A DNA stretch of 64,000 nucleotides from Poseidonia sp. (GTDB taxonomy: Archaea > Thermoplasmatota > Poseidoniia > Poseidoniales > Poseidoniaceae). This document shows positions 1 through 8,538 of the stretch, one piece after another (the first letter of the stretch is position 1; the number at the start of each line of letters is the position of its first letter). The stretch is from the NCBI GenBank assembly GCA_030827745.1, contig JAURDW010000002.1, positions 1,383 through 65,382 of the forward strand, given 5' to 3'. The position numbers were made by a program, and so were the translations under genes. Below the pieces are notes generated by a model, which saw nothing but the letters and a program-made list of their open reading frames with translations, was not told the origin of the DNA and ran no database searches.

Positions 1-1800
1 TTTGAGGCGCTTGCGGAGGCACGTTCCGGTCTTGATGCCGCCCTTTCCTTGACGCTCAATTCCAACGAAGAGCGCCCGTTCGGCCAAGGTGACATTTTGG
101 TCGCACAACTTGGCATGGTCAGTCGCGTGAGCGAAGAACAGGCGTTGACGTTCACGTCGTCCTGCAGGTCAGAACTGTGGGTTCTCAACGACTTGGGTGA
201 GGTTGTGTTTGATTCTCGAAGCGCAAAAACCTGCCAGACCATCGAACTTGAAACATCCTTGTCGCCATCAGAGCCGCTTTCCTTGACGTTACCCCAGTGG
301 AATTTCTTTGACCAGGAAGGCTGCCGAGTCGCACCGGGAACCTACACCGTGGTGGCGGAGGTCCCCGAATTTCAGTTGTCTACCATCGAGACGGTGACCT
401 ACCGAGACGCCGACCCGAACGGGTGCGATGGTACGGGCGAGATGGAACTGACGTCCGTCTCCACTTGGCTTGACGAAGACACGCTTCAACTCACCAACAC
501 CGTCACCAACCTCGGGCCAGATGCTTACCTCAGGATGACACAGCCGTGTTCCTTCCTTCTCGATTTCATGACCCCTGACGGCGTCTCCGTGCACCGGTTC
601 CAAGACGTCTGCGGAGCGTACGATGGCCGCAAAGTCTTGATTCCTCAGGGCGTAAATGGGTTTGAATTTGCCACGTTCGAAGTCCAAATGGTCCAAAACG
701 GTGCTCCGGTTCTCCCCGAAGGCATCTACGACCTCAAACTCAACTTGTTGGCTTCGGCAACAAACGGTGCCAGCGTTCGTGTCGTTTGGCCGCAAGATTT
801 CACGGAAACCCCAGAGGACACCGATACGGAAGCCCCTGCAGATGTGGTCGTGACTGAACTGACAGGGACTTGGACGGGCTTGTTAACAGAGCAAGGAACC
901 TGCTATGTCTTGGAAATGGACGAGACAATGCACCTCCTCGCGCACGCTCGCTCTTTGGGCACATGGGCGCCCTCGAGCACGAACGAAGGCGTCTACCGTA
1001 CCGTCGGTGCACCGCCTTCACCCGCCTGCGCTTCGTTCTCGGCACCTTCCGTAGAAGTGATTGAAGTCGTGATGGAGCGTTCAACGCTTGAACCCGTCAA
1101 CGAAGAGACGGAGGTTGAGGTTCAAGAGGTCGAAGCGAGCGAGGAGGTGTTCGTCCCCGTGACGAGTGTGGTGACCGTCGTCGTGACCACCTCGGTGCTT
1201 TCGTTGCTCGTTGCGGTCGTCGCCACCAACGAAGGCCTTCGCCTCCCCACGACCGTAGCAGGACTGTGGCTGCTGGGCCTCGTGGGCAAAACCCACGAAA
1301 CCACCGATGGACGCTACCAACGCGGTCGCTTAATGGGGTACTTGACGGCCAACCCAGGGTGTCACTTCAGAGCATTGATGAGCGCCCTTGAGATGAGCAA
1401 CGGCCAAATCACGCACCATCTTCGAATTTTAGAGGCGGAAGAGAACGTCTGGCGAAAGAACGACGGGCGTTTGGTTCGCTATTATCCATTGACAAACCAG
1501 TTGAACCCAGCCACGAACGAGGAAGACCTCCCTGTTCCTCCTTTGTCGCCCGACCCCAACAGTTTGCAAGGAAAAATTCTGAACCTGCTTGACCAAGACG
1601 GCGACCTCGGTGAATTCCCGACGCAGGCCGAGTTGGCCAAACGTCTTGAAAAGAGCCAACAACTCGTTTCCCATCACTTGCGTACCCTGCAAAAATACGG
1701 GTTGGTGGAACGCCGAAAGATGGGGCTGATGAACCGGTATAAATTGACCCGGGAAGCCATTTTCCTTCTGGAGACCAACGACGACTTCGGCTCGAGTTGA
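1..1800 (+). CDS. Membrane-anchored protein (probably 5' partial): extracytoplasmic Cys-containing beta-rich repeats, hydrophobic span(s), two C-terminal ArsR-like winged-helix domains
   Basis: Frame 1 is open from nt 1; the track ORF 49..1800 starts at TTG. The visible N-terminus has no signal peptide although it looks extracytoplasmic, so the true start is probably upstream. Hydrophobic stretch VVTVVVTTSVLSLLVAVVAT...AGLWLLGLVG. Two wHTH-like segments follow: FRALMSALEMSNGQITHHLRILE and QAELAKRLEKSQQLVSHHLRTLQKYGLVER. Confidence 0.6.
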   Translation, partial: FEALAEARSGLDAALSLTLNSNEERPFGQGDILVAQLGMVSRVSEEQALTFTSSCRSELWVLNDLGEVVFDSRSAKTCQTIELETSLSPSEPLSLTLPQWNFFDQEGCRVAPGTYTVVAEVPEFQLSTIETVTYRDADPNGCDGTGEMELTSVSTWLDEDTLQLTNTVTNLGPDAYLRMTQPCSFLLDFMTPDGVSVHRFQDVCGAYDGRKVLIPQGVNGFEFATFEVQMVQNGAPVLPEGIYDLKLNLLASATNGASVRVVWPQDFTETPEDTDTEAPADVVVTELTGTWTGLLTEQGTCYVLEMDETMHLLAHARSLGTWAPSSTNEGVYRTVGAPPSPACASFSAPSVEVIEVVMERSTLEPVNEETEVEVQEVEASEEVFVPVTSVVTVVVTTSVLSLLVAVVATNEGLRLPTTVAGLWLLGLVGKTHETTDGRYQRGRLMGYLTANPGCHFRALMSALEMSNGQITHHLRILEAEENVWRKNDGRLVRYYPLTNQLNPATNEEDLPVPPLSPDPNSLQGKILNLLDQDGDLGEFPTQAELAKRLEKSQQLVSHHLRTLQKYGLVERRKMGLMNRYKLTREAIFLLETNDDFGSS

Positions 1801-1894
1801 AGGTGGAGCAAGCACGCCGCTTGGGCCGCGCGAGGCGGGGATTTGAAAGCGTGACGGCGAGTGGGTGGAACCGTCCAGTGGACGGTGAGCCTCC

Positions 1895-4723
1895 ATGTCA
1901 TCCGAACTTGAACCCGTTGACGAGGTTGGCTGGCAGAAGCGATGGGATGAAGCCAGAGTGTTCGAGGCTGATCTTCGGGACGACCGTCCGAAATTCTACT
2001 GTCTCGAAATGTACCCTTACCCTTCAGGGAAGATGCACATGGGGCACGTTCGAAACTACTCCATCGGCGACGCCGTTGCTCGATTCAAGCGGATGATGGG
2101 CTTTGACGTCCTCTACCCCATGGGCTTTGACTCGTTTGGGATGCCTGCGGAGAACGCTGCGATTTCCGAGGGCGGCCATCCACACGACAGCACAGAGAGA
2201 AACATGGCGTCCATCACTGCGCAAATCAAGCGAATGGGTTTCTCATACGATTGGCGTCGGACCGTGAAGAGCCACGACCCGAGGTACTACAAGTGGAACC
2301 AGTGGTTTTTCACGAAATTCATGGAGAGCGGCCTTGCACGCCGGGAACATGCGCCGGTCAATTGGTGCGAAGACTGCAACACCGTCCTCGCCAACGAACA
2401 GGTGAAGGCCGGACGGTGTTGGCGTTGCAACGGTCCCGTGGAACAGAAGGAAATGAACCAGTGGTTTCTCGACCTTCCGTCGTACGCTCAGCAACTCCAC
2501 GATGGTCTCGAGACCATCCAGTTTCCCGAACACGTGAAGGCGCTTCAGCGGGACTGGCTGGGTCGCTCTGAAGGCGCCAACATCCGCTTCGGAATCGAGG
2601 GCCGGGACGAAGAGATTGAAGTCTTCACCACCCGGCCTGACACGCTCTTTGGCGCCACGTTCGTGACCCTCGCTCCCGAACACCCCCTCGCTCATCGTCT
2701 CGTTGAAGGCACGGCTCATGAGGCTGCGTGGCGAGCCCTTCACGATGAGGTCGCCAAGATGTCGGAGTTTGACCGCATCAAAAACATGAACAAAAAGCAA
2801 GGGGTCTTTTCCGGCCACCACGCCCTGCATCCCCTCACCGGAGAACCCGTCCCCATCTGGTTTGGCAACTTCGTGATCGCCACCTACGGCACCGGTGCGG
2901 TCATGGCGGTGCCTGCGCACGACGAGCGAGATTTTGATTTTGCCACGGTCTACGAGATCCCCGTTCGCCGAGCATTGGTGATGAGCGAGGACGATGACGG
3001 CAAGGCGCCCATGAAATCCGCTGAAACCGACTTGGGGTACATGATTAACAGTCCCTTGGAAGGTTTCGATGGCCTCTTTGGCCAGGCCGCCAAGGACGCG
3101 GTTTGCACGGCGCTCGAAGCGGAGGGGAAAGGTGAACGGACGGTCAACTGGAAGGTTCGACCCTGGTTGGTCTCCCGTCAACGGTATTGGGGGACGCCCA
3201 TCCCGGTCATCCACTGCAAGGCCTGCGGAGCGGTGCCCGTCCCTGAAGCCGACTTGCCGGTGGAACTCCCTCGCGATGTGATTTTCTCCGGTGAGGGCAA
3301 TCCGCTGGAAACTTCCCCGTCCTTCGTCAATGCTGCGTGCCCCTCCTGCGGCGATGATGCCCGGCGAGAAACCGACACCATGGACACCTTCATCGACTCA
3401 TCATGGTATTTTTTGCGATACACCGATGCCCTCAACGACGACGAGCCCTTTGCAAAAGCCATCGCCAACCGCTGGATGATGGTGGATTTCTATTGCGGCG
3501 GCATTGAACATGCCCAAATGCACCTGATTTACGCCCGCTTCATGACCAAAGCCCTCCGCGATTTGGGTTTGCTGGACGTGGACGAACCGTTCAACGAATT
3601 GCTGTGTCAAGGCATGGTCAACAAATCGGCCCCTTTCTGTTCGGATTGCGGCGTGACGCTCTCCGTGGAGCATGAGGGGGCGGCCTGCCCGCATTGCAGC
3701 GGCGAGCTGGGCGCCCGCTCGGCGAAAATGAGCAAATCACTCGGCAACACGGTCTCCCCCGAGGCCATGATCGAACGCTACGGGGCCGACACCGTTCGTC
3801 TGTTCATCCTCTTTGCCGCCAACCCCACGGCGGGGATGGACTGGTCGGATGCCGCTCTGGAAGCCAACCATCGCGTGATGGTTCAACTTCGTGGAATGCC
3901 CGAGCAGATCATGGCATGGCCAAACGAACCGACGCCGATGGACGCATGGATGAACGCTCGCTTCACCCAACGCGTCCATGAGTTCATGCAAGCCATGGAT
4001 GCCTATGACCTGCGTCGCGCCGTGGAAATCTCCCATTATGAGGTCATCAAAGACATCAACTGGTACGTACGGCGAGGCGGTGGCCACCGTGAAATCGCCG
4101 AACGTCTTCTCCCCATCTGGTCGCAATTGATCGCTGTCTCCACGCCTCATTTGGCTGAAGTTTGGTGGAACGACCTCGCTTCAACCTCCGGTTTGGTGGC
4201 GGCAAGCACGCTCGATGTGCCCGCATCTCTGGACGAATCCCAACAGGTTCTCCTCGCTGGCGAGCACTACATTCGCGACGTGCTTGAGCAGGCACGAAAG
4301 GTTCGCGTGGTCGCTGAGCGCCACCTTGGCGAACCAGCCAGCGTTGCCACGCTGGTGGTGGCGCCAGCATGGAAGCGTGAACTCGCCCGTTCTGCGCTGT
4401 CCTTCCTCGCTGAGGGAGGTCACCCCAAACGCTTCATGCCCGTCCTTCAGGAAATGCCGATGGTCCAAGGCGAGCGGAAAGGTGAAATCCTCGGCTTTTG
4501 GGGCAAAAAGATGCTTCCTCAAGTCTTCAAATGGGACGATGCCTCAAGGGAGGTCGTTGGTTCAACAATGGACGAAGCGACGGTATTGCGAGAGGCATCC
4601 GCCTTTATCGCGGCAGAGCTGGGGCTCACCTCGGTACGCGTTGTCCTTGGCGAAAGCGAGGACGACGACACCGGGCGGGCGGGGTCCACCATGCCCTTGG
4701 CTCCGGCGGTCGTCTACGCCTGA
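1895..4723 (+). CDS. leuS: Leucyl-tRNA synthetase, bacterial-type architecture
   Basis: 942 aa. HIGH motif PYPSGKMHMGHVRNY and KMSKS motif AKMSKSLGN. Near-colinear with my recollection of E. coli LeuRS (GFDSFGMPAENAA, TTRPDTLFGATF, RQRYWGTPIP, RETDTMDTFIDSSWY). Confidence 0.95.
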   Translation: MSSELEPVDEVGWQKRWDEARVFEADLRDDRPKFYCLEMYPYPSGKMHMGHVRNYSIGDAVARFKRMMGFDVLYPMGFDSFGMPAENAAISEGGHPHDSTERNMASITAQIKRMGFSYDWRRTVKSHDPRYYKWNQWFFTKFMESGLARREHAPVNWCEDCNTVLANEQVKAGRCWRCNGPVEQKEMNQWFLDLPSYAQQLHDGLETIQFPEHVKALQRDWLGRSEGANIRFGIEGRDEEIEVFTTRPDTLFGATFVTLAPEHPLAHRLVEGTAHEAAWRALHDEVAKMSEFDRIKNMNKKQGVFSGHHALHPLTGEPVPIWFGNFVIATYGTGAVMAVPAHDERDFDFATVYEIPVRRALVMSEDDDGKAPMKSAETDLGYMINSPLEGFDGLFGQAAKDAVCTALEAEGKGERTVNWKVRPWLVSRQRYWGTPIPVIHCKACGAVPVPEADLPVELPRDVIFSGEGNPLETSPSFVNAACPSCGDDARRETDTMDTFIDSSWYFLRYTDALNDDEPFAKAIANRWMMVDFYCGGIEHAQMHLIYARFMTKALRDLGLLDVDEPFNELLCQGMVNKSAPFCSDCGVTLSVEHEGAACPHCSGELGARSAKMSKSLGNTVSPEAMIERYGADTVRLFILFAANPTAGMDWSDAALEANHRVMVQLRGMPEQIMAWPNEPTPMDAWMNARFTQRVHEFMQAMDAYDLRRAVEISHYEVIKDINWYVRRGGGHREIAERLLPIWSQLIAVSTPHLAEVWWNDLASTSGLVAASTLDVPASLDESQQVLLAGEHYIRDVLEQARKVRVVAERHLGEPASVATLVVAPAWKRELARSALSFLAEGGHPKRFMPVLQEMPMVQGERKGEILGFWGKKMLPQVFKWDDASREVVGSTMDEATVLREASAFIAAELGLTSVRVVLGESEDDDTGRAGSTMPLAPAVVYA

Positions 4724-4724
4724 A

Positions 4725-7394
4725 TCATTCCTGCTCGAGCACGTGAGGGCGGGGGGGTGGCGCGACGGCCACATCTTGCTTCGGCAGCGGAGGGCCTGGA
4801 CGCTTGCTGCTGGTGAACACGGCCCATCCAACGATGACGCCAGCCGCCAAAAACAACCATCCTGCAAGGCCGAACCCTCCACCGTCGCTTTCGCCTGAGG
4901 CCTCGTCGGTGGCGTTGGCGCAACCTTGTTCATCAACGACCGCCCCAAACGCCGAGTTGAGGCAGAAATCGTAGGCATTCACAACACCATCGTCATCGTC
5001 GTCGAGTTGAAATTCGCTGCATCCATTGGAGGAGATTTGTTCACCTGCCGTGGTTCGTGGACACAAATCCACGGGGTCGAGCACCCCGTCTTGGTCGTCG
5101 TCATCGTCTTCAACCGCATCAATGCAGCCGTCACCGTCAACGTCCTGGCCGGCTTGCGCGGTGCCAATCAGGCCTTTTGGACAGCGGTCAAGAACATCAT
5201 CGACGCCGTCGTTGTCGTCATCTTCATCTTCTGAACTGTCTGCGCATCCATCGCCATCGTGGTCCATGGTTTCGGCTTGGTCGATCCAATTCTTTTCTCC
5301 AAGCGTGCATGCGTCGTCCTCGTCGAGAACACCGTCGTCATCGTCATCTTCGTCCATGGTTTCGTCGATGCATCCATCGGCGTCGTAATCGTTCCATGTG
5401 AAGGAAATCCAAGCCGTGAGGTCGTTGGGGCAATTGTCGTCGGGAATGGAGATGCCGTCTCCGTCCTTGTCAACGTCGCATGGGTCACCAAGGTTGTCGT
5501 TGTCCAAATCAGCTTGTGTTGGGTTGGCGACCGTTGGGCAATTGTCCGCTTGGTCAACAAAGCCGTCACCGTCGCTGTCTTCGTCCGCACAACCGTCGGT
5601 TTCGATATCGTTTTCCGCAGTGGAAACCCAACCCACGGGGCCCTTCGGGCAGAGGTCGTTGGTGTCGAAGACGCCGTCTTCATCATCGTCCAAGTCTTCG
5701 GTGAGGTCCCTGCACCCATCGCCGTCGTGGTCGGCGTTGGCATTGGCTTGCCAGCCAACATCGCCGTAAGGGCAGTCATCGAGGACATCGTCCACGCCAT
5801 CGTTGTCGTCGTCGTCGTCACAAAGGTCCCCGTAGGCATCCCCGTCGTGATTGATTTGGTCAACATTGGCGAGTTTTGGACAATTGTCCACGCCGTCAAG
5901 AACACCGTCAAAATCCAAGTCGGTTTCGTACATCCAAACCCCAATATCCAGCTGATTTCGTTGGTCAAAGGCATGCGGCCCGTACACACCATCGCTGTTG
6001 GAAATGAAGGCAACCACAGGAGCGCCGGTGGCGGAAAGGGTGAGGCTGGTGGGCCGGTCGTTGCCGCTGCCCCCCCCTGATATGGCCCAATCCCAGGCGG
6101 CGTTCTCTTGGCGTTGGGCCAAGAAAAGGTCGAGGTGGTTCCCGTCGTTCATGCCGTCAAGGTCCGTCAGCGTAAATTCGCCCAGCGTGAGGTCGGTGCT
6201 GGTCTCACCGAGCAGAATGGAGTTGCCTTGGGCTGTGATCTCAATGCTCTTGATACGGTCAACACCGTCTCCACCGAAGCCGGAAGCGTGCAGCCATTCT
6301 CCGTCAGAGGAGAGGTGCGCTTCGTAGAAATCAAACCACACGGCATCGGCGATGTCGACATCTCCAAAACTCATGTTCTCCAAGTAATCACCGACGACGG
6401 CGACGCCGCCTGAGGTGCGACCGGTGCAGTCGACGACGGTGTTGTCGCTGGAACCTCCGGCGTGGGCAACCCAGTTCCATCCACCTGTCGTGTAGTGTGC
6501 GACGGCGATGTCAAGACTTCCGTAACCGATGATTTCCTGCTCGTCAAAGTTCACCTTGTCAAAGAACGATGTGGCGAAATAGGTTCTTCCGTCCCCGTCC
6601 TTGCACAGCTTCCCCGACGTGTCCAAGGCGTTGGTTGAGAAGACCGTTTTGACAGCGAGATGGTCGCCGTAGGCGTTCATCATCGCCAACGCCACGGCTT
6701 CTTCGTTGTTGCTGGCGAGCGATGTATCGTTTTCAAACATCAATTCGCCCCGGTGAAGCAGTGCGAGATGGATTTCATCGCTTTGGGTGACCAGAAGGTC
6801 CACGATACCGACTTGGAAATCGTTGGAGAACGATTTTGCCCACAACCATTCGCCTTGAGGCGTCATGGCAGCAAGGAAAGCAGCGTTTTCATGCTCGTCG
6901 GACGCTTTGGCGATGGGGTCCAAATCGCCCAGTGTCATGTTGCACGGCGTAGAGAAGGTCATGTCGCAATACGTGCCCGCCAGAACCACCGTGCCGTCGC
7001 TGAGCGCTGCCATGGCGTTGATGCTGTCCACGCCTTCGCTGCTGCCGTTGGTGGTGTTGGACCACGTGCCGTTCGCGGCGACCCATCCGATGAAAAAGTC
7101 GATGCCAAAGTTTGAATCGTCGCTGGAATAACCGATGACATCACCGTTAAACTCGATGTTTTGCTCAAATGAACCGGCGACCACGATGCCCCCGTCGTTC
7201 AACGGCAGAAGGGCGTTGATGAATTCGCTTGAGCTTCCCCCGGCACTGGCCAACCAGCCGGTGGTGTTGGCCGTTGTGGTGAAGCCAACGGGTTCAGGTT
7301 GCTCCAAAATGGGGTCGGGTGGCATCATCAACGGGAAGGTCGAGCCCGCCAGCATGAGGGCGGTCAGGAGAGCGTGCACGAGCGTGATGCGCAT
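4725..7394 (-). CDS. Secreted surface protein: six SBBP-like beta-propeller repeats + thrombospondin type-3 (Ca-binding) repeats + C-terminal membrane anchor
   Basis: The ORF is open to 7466, but a signal-peptide-like start MRITLVHALLTALMLAGS begins at ATG 7394. Repeated W..(A/S)GG...D......G.vv.G blocks, then about 15 DxDxDGxxDxxDxCP units. C-terminus GGFGLAGWLFLAAGVIVGWAVF followed by a basic/Pro tail. Confidence 0.8.
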   Translation of the reverse strand: MRITLVHALLTALMLAGSTFPLMMPPDPILEQPEPVGFTTTANTTGWLASAGGSSSEFINALLPLNDGGIVVAGSFEQNIEFNGDVIGYSSDDSNFGIDFFIGWVAANGTWSNTTNGSSEGVDSINAMAALSDGTVVLAGTYCDMTFSTPCNMTLGDLDPIAKASDEHENAAFLAAMTPQGEWLWAKSFSNDFQVGIVDLLVTQSDEIHLALLHRGELMFENDTSLASNNEEAVALAMMNAYGDHLAVKTVFSTNALDTSGKLCKDGDGRTYFATSFFDKVNFDEQEIIGYGSLDIAVAHYTTGGWNWVAHAGGSSDNTVVDCTGRTSGGVAVVGDYLENMSFGDVDIADAVWFDFYEAHLSSDGEWLHASGFGGDGVDRIKSIEITAQGNSILLGETSTDLTLGEFTLTDLDGMNDGNHLDLFLAQRQENAAWDWAISGGGSGNDRPTSLTLSATGAPVVAFISNSDGVYGPHAFDQRNQLDIGVWMYETDLDFDGVLDGVDNCPKLANVDQINHDGDAYGDLCDDDDDNDGVDDVLDDCPYGDVGWQANANADHDGDGCRDLTEDLDDDEDGVFDTNDLCPKGPVGWVSTAENDIETDGCADEDSDGDGFVDQADNCPTVANPTQADLDNDNLGDPCDVDKDGDGISIPDDNCPNDLTAWISFTWNDYDADGCIDETMDEDDDDDGVLDEDDACTLGEKNWIDQAETMDHDGDGCADSSEDEDDDNDGVDDVLDRCPKGLIGTAQAGQDVDGDGCIDAVEDDDDDQDGVLDPVDLCPRTTAGEQISSNGCSEFQLDDDDDGVVNAYDFCLNSAFGAVVDEQGCANATDEASGESDGGGFGLAGWLFLAAGVIVGWAVFTSSKRPGPPLPKQDVAVAPPPRPHVLEQE
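4962..5921 (-). repeat. Tandem thrombospondin type-3-like Asp-rich coding repeats inside the surface protein gene
   Basis: Recurrent DNCP..N..Q.D.D.DG.GD.CD.D.D.DG..D..D.CP units (aa ~516-835 of the 913-aa ORF). They also create spurious Thr/Ser-rich alternate-frame ORFs. Confidence 0.8.
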
Positions 7395-7617
7395 GGTTGT
7401 GGATGGATGTCGTCCATAAGAACCTCCCGCGCGGCTGCGTGTGCGCAAGAAGGGGGGAGTCTTCATTGAGTGTCACCCGCGGTTGGTGACCATGGGTGGT
7501 TCAGAAGGCCGAGGGCGCCGTCACCAACGGCGTCGCTCTCCGAGTTCAAACTCACGACGTTACGGTGGGCCAAAACGGGAGCACCAAGAGGAGAGATCTC
7601 GCGAAGAGGTTCGGGTC

Positions 7618-8538
7618 ATGAACGAACGAGCAGAGGCTCGCTTTGATCTCGATCCGTTGCCCATGGCCCTTCCAAAGGAGATGGAGGCGCCCCGCACCTT
7701 CCACCTTCAATGGGAGGTCAACCCCGTCCCCTTGAAGGCCGAAGAAAAGGTGGCAGGTTGGGTTGTCAAACGCGGCGAATACGGGTGGTTGGCCGATGAG
7801 CGAGTGGACGAAATTGCCGAAAAGGTGGTCTCGGAAGCCATGACGGTTGACCAAGCCCTGTCTTTGAGGTCGGCCTTGCTGCAACAGAAAACGGTCTATT
7901 CGCACCACAAACTGAAGCGCAAAGCCCGCGCCATAGCGCAACAATACCGCAACGGTTCGTCGGTCATTGAACTCTCCAAGGAGCATGACTTCTCTCCGAT
8001 GAACCTTTTCCGGGCCGTCTTGGAGGCCAACGGATGGTCGAAAAGTCAAATCAAAGAACGTCTCCGAAACCCAAGCAAATTGAAGGAGCGAGAACGGCGT
8101 GAGTTTGAGGAAGCTGAAGCGGTTGACCGTGTGGCGAGCGTTGATCAATCGGAGACCCAACTCAAAGCCGACTTGTTTGAGGACATTCTTGCAGATTGGT
8201 TTGAGGCGCAGGGGATTCGGCTTCGACGCCAACCCGAGATGGTGAAGGAACAGTCCGAGGCTCTGGGGCGTCCTGTTCGGACGCCAGATTTGTTGTTCCT
8301 CGACCATGTTTACATCAACGGTCAACCGGTCGCATGGATTGATGCAAAGCACTTTTACGGCGCCGACGTTGAATTTCAACGCAAGAAAATGAAGAAACAA
8401 ATGAACCGCTACATCGACGCTTGGGGCTCGGGAGCAATCATGTTTCGTCACGGGTTTTGTGACAACCTGTACATGCCAGGCGTCTTGATGTTGGATGCTG
8501 GTCCCATCGACCTCTCGCGCCTCAACCCCGAGTCGTGA
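7618..8538 (+). CDS. CDIN1/C15orf41-like TPD-motif protein, predicted PD-(D/E)XK nuclease
   Basis: C-terminal RTPDLLFL...PVAWIDAKHFYG...WGSGAIMFRHGF matches my recollection of human CDIN1 (KTPDFIL...IHWIESKASFGD...FGPGLVIYWYGF). The PD...D-A-K nuclease motif is visible. First ATG after the Arg-rich junk leader is at 7618; the track ORF starts at 7441. Confidence 0.7.
   Translation: MNERAEARFDLDPLPMALPKEMEAPRTFHLQWEVNPVPLKAEEKVAGWVVKRGEYGWLADERVDEIAEKVVSEAMTVDQALSLRSALLQQKTVYSHHKLKRKARAIAQQYRNGSSVIELSKEHDFSPMNLFRAVLEANGWSKSQIKERLRNPSKLKERERREFEEAEAVDRVASVDQSETQLKADLFEDILADWFEAQGIRLRRQPEMVKEQSEALGRPVRTPDLLFLDHVYINGQPVAWIDAKHFYGADVEFQRKKMKKQMNRYIDAWGSGAIMFRHGFCDNLYMPGVLMLDAGPIDLSRLNPES

Noticed and set aside
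1871-1885. Palindrome CCGTCCA-g-TGGACGG 10 nt upstream of the leuS start codon
   Set aside because: It is short, has no adjacent T-run or TATA element, and has a 1-nt centre. It could be a chance palindrome in GC-rich DNA. Noted, but not called as a regulatory site.
6070-6077. Homopolymer C8/G8 tracts (6070..6077 in the surface protein gene; 36314..36321 upstream of cox; G7 at 4751..4757) as phase-variation switches
   Set aside because: A few runs of this length are expected by chance in 64 kb of GC-rich sequence. There is no evidence of variability from a single sequence.
5168-6080. Thr/Met-rich (5168..6013, minus) and Val-rich (5259..6080, plus) ORFs inside the TSP3 repeat region
   Set aside because: These are frame-shifted readings of the GAC/GAT-rich Asp repeats of the surface protein. 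They have no independent start context.
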